The notes under the pieces are model-generated. The model was not told the DNA's origin. It did no database searches and saw only the letters and a program-made list of their open reading frames with translations. From an uncultured Methylomirabilota bacterium (lineage in GTDB: Bacteria; Methylomirabilota; Methylomirabilia; Methylomirabilales; 2-02-FULL-66-22), in the NCBI GenBank assembly GCA_963845565.1, contig CAWJSJ010000003.1, forward strand, positions 1 to 64,000: a stretch of DNA of 64,000 bases, written 5' to 3'. Both the position numbers and the translations under genes were made by a program. Below are positions 55,606 through 64,000 of this stretch, piece by piece; within the stretch, counting starts at the first letter, position 1; each line of letters opens with the position of its first letter.

Positions 55606-56612
55606 CCCTCGAACTGCTTGCCATCATCGGCCTGGCTCTGGCTTTCGATTATATCAACGGATTCCACGACGCGGCCAATTCGATCGCCACCGTCGTGTCC
55701 ACCCGCGTGCTGTCCCCCAGGGTAGCGGTGCTCTGGGCGGCCTTCTTCAACTTCATCGCGTTCATGGTCTTCGAGACCCGCGTCGCGTCCAACATCTCCA
55801 AGGGGATCGATCCGGCCGTCGCCACTTTGACCATCGTCGGCGCCGGGCTCGTGGGGGCAATCGTGTGGGATCTTCTCACCTGGTGGTGGGGGCTTCCCAC
55901 CTCCTCGTCGCATGCCCTCCTGGGCGGGTTGGCGGGGGCTGCGATCGTCAAGGCGGGGTTCGGCGCGTTGGACGCGCCGTTCTTCCTGAAAACCGCGGCC
56001 TTCATCATCGTCTCCCCCGCCCTCGGCATGCTGCTGGCCATGATCGTGATGCGCGCGCTCATGTTGTTCTTGGGCCATCGGGCACCGGGACCGCTGGATC
56101 GCCTCTTCCGGAAGCTCCAGCTCGTGTCGGCTGCCCTCTACTCGCTCGGCCACGGCGGCAACGACGCCCAGAAGACCATGGGAATCATCGTGGCCGCCCT
56201 CGCCGCCGCGGGACTCTTTCAGCATGCCCCCGCCGGCGGCCACAGTGAGATCCCGCTCTGGGTCGTGCTCTCATGCCACGCGGCGATGGCGCTTGGCACC
56301 ATGAGCGGCGGCTGGCGGATCGTGCGCACCATGGGGATGCGGATCACGAAGCTGGCGCCGACCGGCGGTTTCTGCGCCGAGACGAGCGGCGCGGCCTCGC
56401 TGTTCCTGGCGACGGCCCTGGGCGTACCCGTCTCCACCACCCATACCATCACGGGCGCCATCGTTGGGACCGGCTCGGTGCGGAAGTTCTCGGCCGTGCG
56501 CTGGGGGGTGGCCGGACGGATCGTCTGGGCGTGGATTCTGACGATCCCCGGTTCGGCCGCCATCGGCGGTGCGGCCTATCTGCTGGCGCGGGCGGTCGGC
56601 ATCCCCGGTTGA
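55602..56612 (+). CDS. pit: PiT family inorganic phosphate transporter
   Basis: NGFHDAANSIAT, GLPTSSSH, HGGNDAQK, PVSTTH. Confidence 0.93.
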   Translation: MTLELLAIIGLALAFDYINGFHDAANSIATVVSTRVLSPRVAVLWAAFFNFIAFMVFETRVASNISKGIDPAVATLTIVGAGLVGAIVWDLLTWWWGLPTSSSHALLGGLAGAAIVKAGFGALDAPFFLKTAAFIIVSPALGMLLAMIVMRALMLFLGHRAPGPLDRLFRKLQLVSAALYSLGHGGNDAQKTMGIIVAALAAAGLFQHAPAGGHSEIPLWVVLSCHAAMALGTMSGGWRIVRTMGMRITKLAPTGGFCAETSGAASLFLATALGVPVSTTHTITGAIVGTGSVRKFSAVRWGVAGRIVWAWILTIPGSAAIGGAAYLLARAVGIPG

Positions 56613-56667
56613 CCCGTCAAAACGGCTCTTCGACCCCAGATCACCTCGATGGGGGACCCTTCAGAAG

Positions 56668-56699
56668 ACGAAGGCCTCGGCATTAGCCGAGGCCTTCGT
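56668..56699. terminator. Strong hairpin between convergent genes
   Basis: ACGAAGGCCTCGGC-ATTA-GCCGAGGCCTTCGT. Confidence 0.6.
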
Positions 56700-56863
56700 A
56701 CGTTCGAGACAATCTGTGCAACCTGTGGTTGGGGTCGTTTCGTCGCGAATGACGTTTCCACGATCCGGGCGCGGAGGCGAGAAATGGCGAAGTTCACGCC
56801 CCTGACTCCCCTGGCCGGCTTCTCTTGGGCTCCCCGACCGTCGTGCGTCCGTCACAGGCCCTG

Positions 56864-58246
<1,383 letters not shown>

Positions 58247-58297
58247 GTTCACCTCACGCGCAATGAGCCAGATCGCCCGACCAGACGAACCGGAAGA

Positions 58298-58576
58298 TCA
58301 CCCGCGGCGAAACCGCCTGCGGAGAAGCTGCCAGTTCAGAATGCGCCGCAACTCTCGTTCCGAGGTGCGGAACCGGACCACCAGGCGGCCGTCAACGAAC
58401 AGGATCGGCACCTCCCGCGCGAAACGGGCGTGCAACGTAGGATCCTCCTCCACGTTCACCTCGGTGAACTCGAAGGTGATCTCCCCCGCCAGGCGCTCAC
58501 AGACAGCGCGCAGGTCGTTCCCCAGATGGCATCCTGGCCGGGTGTACAATTCGAGGCGCAGTGGCTGGAGCGGCAT
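58298..58576 (-). CDS. Glutaredoxin-like protein (DUF836 type)
   Basis: LELYTRPGCHLG..EVNV..EVPIL. Confidence 0.75.
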   Translation of the reverse strand: MPLQPLRLELYTRPGCHLGNDLRAVCERLAGEITFEFTEVNVEEDPTLHARFAREVPILFVDGRLVVRFRTSERELRRILNWQLLRRRFRRG

Positions 58577-58818
58577 CGCGGCACCGAGGGGACCTTACCA
58601 CGGCCCCCCAGAGGTGTCAACGCGTCCACGAACGCGTCGACGAAAGCAATCAGTCATCAGCTTTCAGCTCTCCGCTTCGCCACTTCGGGTCGCTCCACGC
58701 GTCACGGCTGACCGCTGAACGCTGAACGCTTTCTTTCCCCTTGACTTGGGGCCCCCGCTGGACTATCTAGCGCCAGAGTGGCGTCCGGGCGTCGGGGCCT
58801 CTTGAGAGGAGCGCATAC

Positions 58819-59841
58819 GTGCTACATACCCTGATCCGGCATGGGGACGGGCGCATCGAGACACCGACAGATTTGGCCTACCTCGCCGGTTTCCTGGCGG
58901 ACCCTGCCTGCCTGGTGTGGGTAGCCGTGGAGGCCGAGCCGCGAGAGACGCTCGAATCCCTGGCGGCCCTGTTCCAGCTGCACCCTATCACGCTCGACGA
59001 CCTCATCAATCGAAATCAACGGCCCAAGATCGAGGAGTTCGACGAGTACGTCTTCCTGGTCATCCACGCCCTGTGCACGGTACGCGACGACGAACTGGAC
59101 ACCGAAGAAATCGACATCGCCCTCAGGAAGAACGCTGTCCTGACGGTTCATGCGCGCCCGCTGGAGCATCTCCAGCGGGTGTTCGATCGCGCCGTCAAGG
59201 ACCCCCGCATCCTCCAGAACGGTCCGAGCTTTCTGGTGTATCTCCTGAGCGATGCCGTGGTGGACGGCTATTTTCCGGTCCTGGAGGCCCTGGAGGACGA
59301 GATAGACGCCCTGGAGGATGCAGTGGTGGAGGCGCCGGCCCGCGCTCGGATGCGCCGGGTCTTCGAGGTGAAGCGGGTCCTGGTGCAACTCCGGAAGGTT
59401 GTCAGTCCCCAGCGCGAGGTGTACAACGCGCTCAGCCGGCGCGATTACTCGTACATCGAGGCGCGGACCGCCGTCTATTTCCGGGACATCCACGATCACC
59501 TGGTGCGCGCCTTCGAGATGATCGACTCCTATCGCGACCTGGTGGCCAACACGCTCGACGCCTACCTGGCGGCCACCTCCAACCGCCTCGGCCAGGTGAT
59601 GAAGCAACTCACCGTCATCGCCACCATCTTCATGCCGCTCTCGTTTTTGACCGGCTTCTTCGGCACCAATTTCACCCGCATCCCCTACCAGAGCCCCTGG
59701 CTTCTCGCACTGATGCTGGCCGCAATGGTCACCCTGCCGATCCTGATGCTCATCGTTTTCCTGCGCCGAGGTTGGCTCACCGACAACCGGCGCATCACCT
59801 CCTGGACCCGCCTCCGCGCATGGCTATTCCGCCACCATTAG
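58819..59841 (+). CDS. corA: CorA family magnesium/cobalt transporter
   Basis: QRPKIEEF, YFRDIHDH, MKQLT..FMPLSFLTGFFGTNF. TTGACT-N17-TATCTA promoter at 58741. Confidence 0.92.
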   Translation: MLHTLIRHGDGRIETPTDLAYLAGFLADPACLVWVAVEAEPRETLESLAALFQLHPITLDDLINRNQRPKIEEFDEYVFLVIHALCTVRDDELDTEEIDIALRKNAVLTVHARPLEHLQRVFDRAVKDPRILQNGPSFLVYLLSDAVVDGYFPVLEALEDEIDALEDAVVEAPARARMRRVFEVKRVLVQLRKVVSPQREVYNALSRRDYSYIEARTAVYFRDIHDHLVRAFEMIDSYRDLVANTLDAYLAATSNRLGQVMKQLTVIATIFMPLSFLTGFFGTNFTRIPYQSPWLLALMLAAMVTLPILMLIVFLRRGWLTDNRRITSWTRLRAWLFRHH

Positions 59842-59889
59842 GAGCCGTGTCGACTTGTCAACAAGTCGACTCGTCGACTCGGCGGACGG

Positions 59890-61035
59890 TCACCCGGCGA
59901 ATCGCCGCACGAAATCCAGATCGAGCGTGACCCCGAGGCCCGGCCGATCGGGAATCTCCAGATACCCGTCCCGCATGGCGAATCGCTCACGCGTGACGCC
60001 GTCCCGGAACGGATGGGGCGACCGGTCGTATTCGAAGAGCGGCTCCGCCGGAAACCGGCGCTCCGGAAAGTGCGGGAGCGCCGCAAAGAGTTGCAGCGCG
60101 GCCGACAACCCAACGCTGGTCCCCCACACATGGGGGATGACCGGCAGATTGGCAGCGCCTGCCATGGCGATGATCTTCTGCATCTCGCTGAAACCGCCAC
60201 AGGCGCAGAGATCCGGCTGGAGAACGTCCACCGCTCGGCGGTTGATCAACTCTCGGAAGCCGTACCGGGTGTACTCGCACTCGCCCCCCGCAATGAGCAT
60301 CGCTGCGTGTCGCTTTACCTCCAGGTACCCGTCCAGATCCTCGGGCGGGACCGGCTCCTCGAACCAGTACACGTCGTAGGGCTCCATGGCTCGGGCCAGG
60401 CGGATCGCCTCCGACGCGTTGTAGGCGTGGTTGGCATCCACCATCAGAAACAGGTCGGGGCCGATCGCCTCCCGGATGGCCCGGATGTACGACAGGTCGG
60501 TTCGGAGGTCGTAGCCCACCTTGAGCTTCATGCCGCAGAAGCCCGCCTGCTTGTAGCCCAGCGCCTCCTCCACCAGCGCAGCCGGAATGCTTGGCACCCC
60601 TTGTGGCTCGTAGAGGCCGGTGGCGTACACCCGCGCCTTGTGCCGATACGCTCCGCCGAGCAAGGTGTACACCGGAACGCCCAGCGCCTGTCCCTTGATG
60701 TCCCACAGCGCGATGTCGATGGCGCTCAGCGCAGAGATCGTGAGGCCTTTCTGCCCCTGGTCACGCGTCCAGTTGTAGAGCCGATCCCAGATCACCGACG
60801 TATCCATGGGGTCGCAACCCAGGAGGAGCGGCCCGAGGCCGTCCCGCATCAGCGTGGACACCACCGTGGCCGGGCCGCCGAAGTAGAACGCCTCGCCCAG
60901 CCCCTGGATCCCGGCATCCGTGGAGATGACGCAGAGCGCCGCCTGCCGCGTCCCTGTGACCCGCTGCGACCAGCCGAAGGACTTCCCTTCCAGGTTTCCA
61001 ACCAGCACGTGCGTCTCGATTCCCGTGATCCTCAT
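59890..61035 (-). CDS. Mandelate racemase/muconate lactonizing enzyme family protein
   Basis: ALSAIDIALWDIKG, KLKVG, MVDAN, WFEEP, AGGE, QPD, PHVW, PGLG. Confidence 0.9.
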   Translation of the reverse strand: MRITGIETHVLVGNLEGKSFGWSQRVTGTRQAALCVISTDAGIQGLGEAFYFGGPATVVSTLMRDGLGPLLLGCDPMDTSVIWDRLYNWTRDQGQKGLTISALSAIDIALWDIKGQALGVPVYTLLGGAYRHKARVYATGLYEPQGVPSIPAALVEEALGYKQAGFCGMKLKVGYDLRTDLSYIRAIREAIGPDLFLMVDANHAYNASEAIRLARAMEPYDVYWFEEPVPPEDLDGYLEVKRHAAMLIAGGECEYTRYGFRELINRRAVDVLQPDLCACGGFSEMQKIIAMAGAANLPVIPHVWGTSVGLSAALQLFAALPHFPERRFPAEPLFEYDRSPHPFRDGVTRERFAMRDGYLEIPDRPGLGVTLDLDFVRRFAG

Positions 61036-61235
61036 CGCACTCTCCTCGCGAGGGCGTCGGACCCGACATGGGCCGCCCGATCCAAGCTCACGCTACTATA
61101 CCGCCACGGAACCGCGCCGGGAATCCCAACGAAGAGCATGGTCCGGTTGAGGGAAACACTTCGACCCAAAAACACTGCGGGGCTGGCAGCTCGTCGCGCT
61201 GTCAGCCCCGCATGAGACCCGTTTCGCCGTTTCGG

Positions 61236-61832
61236 TCAGGCCCGCCGGCCTCGGAGAAACTGCAGCGCGATCTCCGCCACGCGCTTGCCGTAGGCCTCCG
61301 CTGTCTCCAGGTCGCCCTTGCCGGGCGCGTCGGTGGGCGCCACCTGAAAGCTGGCGGCCATCGGACCGACGAAGGAACCGACCCGGTTGGTGGCATCCGG
61401 GCCGGGCCCCTGGATGTTGCTCATGTGCTCGGGGTGATTCGCCGCCGGCATCATGCCGGTGCCGACATAGATCATGCCGTGCTGCATCGCGTTGATGACC
61501 AGTCCCTGGAGCGTGTTCAGCTTGTCGCCCGAGAACGAGCTGGAGTTGGTAAAGGCGCCCGCGATCTTGTCCTTCCACGCCAGCGTGAACCACTTCTTCG
61601 CCGCCGCCTCCAGAAACTCCTTCATCTTCGCCGACATGCTCCCCATGTAGGTCGGGCAGCCGAAGACGATGCCGTCGGCCGCATCCAGGTCATCCAGGCG
61701 CTGCATCGCCTCTTCACTGGTGAAGAGCAACGCCTCGACCCCCTTGACGCCCGCCGCGCCGCGGTGAACCGCCTCTGCTTGCCGCTTGGTATGCCCGTAG
61801 CCGCTATGGTACACGATCGCGATCTTGGCCAT
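61236..61832 (-). CDS. WrbA-family flavodoxin / NAD(P)H oxidoreductase
   Basis: YHSGYGHT, FGCPTYMG, WKDKIAGAFT, GDK. Confidence 0.9.
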   Translation of the reverse strand: MAKIAIVYHSGYGHTKRQAEAVHRGAAGVKGVEALLFTSEEAMQRLDDLDAADGIVFGCPTYMGSMSAKMKEFLEAAAKKWFTLAWKDKIAGAFTNSSSFSGDKLNTLQGLVINAMQHGMIYVGTGMMPAANHPEHMSNIQGPGPDATNRVGSFVGPMAASFQVAPTDAPGKGDLETAEAYGKRVAEIALQFLRGRRA

Positions 61833-62117
61833 GTCCTCTCCTCGTCGTGTGTGTATCGGTCCGAAAAACAGAATGGTTCCTGCGAGACCCGGAAGTTACA
61901 CGCCAGGTCTGTACTCCCAAGCGGAAGCCGTCCGGCAACGCAGAAAGTGTACCGCCCTAAGCATCCTCCATCAAACCAGAATGCCCGACCTGGTTTCGTC
62001 ACGCGCCCCGCCCAGGCCTTCCCGTCGAAAGCCCCCCCCGAAAACGCCGAGGGGCATCGGACCGTTTCCTCCAGCCGATGCCCCTCCAGTGAACCTCTGA
62101 TTCTGGCGTCTTGCCGA

Positions 62118-62459
62118 TCAGTGATCCCACCCATGGCGATGCTTCCAGTGGCCGTGTCCCCGGTGCTTCCAGTATCCTGGAGGCCCCCAGGAGTTGTACA
62201 CCACCACCGGTGCAGGCGCATAGAAAACCGGCGGGGGCGCGTAATAGGCGACCCGGGGTGGGGGCGGGGGAACCGCCGCCACCACGGGAACAGGACCGAA
62301 CGCCCCGAGCAGCATCCCGCCGACCGTCACCACACCGGCCCCGATGGCCACACCCGCCCACCGATTTCGCACGGCATGCGGGTCGCCAGCAAGTGCCGTC
62401 ACGGGAATCGCCGCGATCATCAGGCAACCCATCAACGTAATTACCACTATCTTGCGCAT
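62118..62459 (-). CDS. Small secreted Pro/His-rich hypothetical protein
   Basis: AGGAGG RBS, signal peptide, PPPPRVAYYAPPP, GPPGYWKHRGHGHW. Confidence 0.65.
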   Translation of the reverse strand: MRKIVVITLMGCLMIAAIPVTALAGDPHAVRNRWAGVAIGAGVVTVGGMLLGAFGPVPVVAAVPPPPPRVAYYAPPPVFYAPAPVVVYNSWGPPGYWKHRGHGHWKHRHGWDH

Positions 62460-63131
62460 CGAAGCACCTCCTTGGCTTTCTCGTACCCTCTCAGACGCAG
62501 AGTGGCTTGCCATTATTCATGCGGGATGACTACCGGACCACACGACGCATCTTCACCCGCGCCGACAAGAGAGAGCAAAGCGCGTGCCGGGCGACCACAC
62601 GGAACCTGCGCAGCCTGGCGGACGATGCCCCATCGTACGTGTAGGATTTTCGTAGCCCGGCCACGCGCACCGCCACGCACAACGCGAAGTGACGTCTGGA
62701 CAGGACGTTATCGGTAGGTCGGTCGCACCACAAAGAAGGAACTTCTTACACGGAATGCGGGAGTGGCTCACCGGGGGCCGAATCGACACGCGAGGCTGCG
62801 GCGGTACCCCGCGATCCCCCCTCCCGATGCCGGACGGCGCCGTTGAACCCCAAAACGTCTATAGCCGACCCCAAACCGTCGGCGAGCGTTTCCTTGCGGG
62901 GCCGACCCCGATCCGATCGCCACCTACGGCGCCGTCGCCGTCCGTGCCGCCTTCACCCGCTGGTGGTGCACAAAACAGTACGAGGCGATCGTCGCATGGG
63001 GCGATCGCCTCGACTCGTCGGCTCTGGACTCCGAACCGCTCTTGCGCCTCTATCTCGAATGCGCCCGGCACGCCGCGGGTGGCGCCGGTTCACCGGCGAA
63101 CGGCTGATCCCCTACGCCCGCGCGGCTCGGT

Positions 63132-64000
63132 TCAGCTCTTCGGCTTCCACCGGAGGATCGGCTGCCGGGCCGCGCGCGTCTCGTCCATCCGGCTCACCCG
63201 GGGCTTGTGCGGCGCCCCGCGGACCACCTCGGGCTCTTCTCGTGCCTCCCGGGCGATCTCCCGCATCGCGGCGATAAACTGATCCAGCGTCTCCTTGCTC
63301 TCGGTTTCGGTCGGCTCGATCATCAACGCACCGGACACGATGAGTGGGAAGTAGATCGTGGGCGGATGGAAGCCGTAGTCCATCAACCGCTTGGCGACGT
63401 CGAGCGTCTTGACGTCGTTCTGGATCTGGATCGCGTCCGAGAACACGCACTCGTGCTTGCACAGCCGGTCGTACGGCAAATGATACGCGCCCTTGAGCTG
63501 ATGCATGATGTAGTTGGCGTTCAGGACCGCCGTTTCCGCCGCCTGCGTCAGACCCGCCGCCCCGAGGCTTCGGATGTAGGCGTAGGCCCGCACCATCACG
63601 CCGAAGCTGGCGGCGAAGGAGCGCACCTTGCCGATGGATTGCGGCCGGTCGAAGTCCAGGACGAACGCGTCGCTCCGCTTCTCGACGGTCGGGACCGGCA
63701 GGAAAGGCGCCAGGTGCTTCCGGACACCCACCGGCCCTGCGCCCGGGCCGCCCCCGCCATGGGGCTGAGAAAAGGTCTTGTGCAGGTTGATCTGGATCAG
63801 ATCCACGCCCCAATCGCCGGGCCGCGTGACTCCCATGACGGCGTTCAGGTTGGCGCCGTCGCAGTACACCTGGCCGCCCTTGGCATGAACGATCGCGGCG
63901 ATCTCGGCGATGTGCTCCTCGAAGAGTCCCAGCGTGTTGGGGTTGGTGATCATGATGGCCGCCACCTGGTCGTCCATGGCCTCGGCCACCGCCTGCGGCT
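63132..64000 (-). CDS. gcvPB: Glycine dehydrogenase (decarboxylating) subunit 2, 3' part
   Basis: [42 protein letters not shown]. Confidence 0.95.
   Translation of the reverse strand, partial: PQAVAEAMDDQVAAIMITNPNTLGLFEEHIAEIAAIVHAKGGQVYCDGANLNAVMGVTRPGDWGVDLIQINLHKTFSQPHGGGGPGAGPVGVRKHLAPFLPVPTVEKRSDAFVLDFDRPQSIGKVRSFAASFGVMVRAYAYIRSLGAAGLTQAAETAVLNANYIMHQLKGAYHLPYDRLCKHECVFSDAIQIQNDVKTLDVAKRLMDYGFHPPTIYFPLIVSGALMIEPTETESKETLDQFIAAMREIAREAREEPEVVRGAPHKPRVSRMDETRAARQPILRWKPKS

Noticed and set aside
56700..56860. Possible structured ncRNA between pit and the aminotransferase
   Set aside because: No recognisable family motif by eye; it needs an Rfam scan.
59838..59848. TTAGGAGCCGT at the corA stop as another copy of the 105-bp element
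   Set aside because: Only 11 bp match, so it cannot be distinguished from chance.

Overview
High-GC bacterial DNA with many single-base frameshifts, probably long-read errors. The lineage is possibly Methylomirabilota/NC10-like, which is inference only. (1) 1-22 kb is an unusual hybrid PKS/NRPS biosynthetic locus. It has a type I PKS KS (partial), a 2-oxoacid dehydrogenase E2 apparently fused to a PKS-type ACP, a fused E1 alpha/beta, an Sfp PPTase, a DMT transporter, a Gly-type C-A-T module, an oxalate-CoA-ligase-like A-T and three paralogous stand-alone A-T didomains lacking the amino-acid-binding Asp. IS3 remnants bracket the NRPS block. (2) 22.6-28.9 kb holds a repeat/LamG surface protein and a PEP-CTERM gene transcribed divergently from two sigma-54-like promoters, then a GT2-GtrA gene. 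(3) 28.9-39 kb is a dense patch of toxin-antitoxin modules, several with broken toxins, around PBP1A-purC and a duplicated thioesterase. (4) 39-64 kb is mostly housekeeping: panE, gpsA, an Obg/DRG-type GTPase, archease, a MacAB-type exporter, an ECF sigma/anti-sigma pair, PiT, CorA and gcvPB. It also holds a glutaredoxin-like gene with two in-frame UGA (Sec) codons that the ORF track misses, and a Y1/RAYT-type HUH transposase gene between 27-bp inverted repeats. A ~105-bp TAA-flanked two-hairpin element occurs in 4 full and 2 partial copies, and inverted arrays of 7-9-mer repeats recur in intergenic regions.
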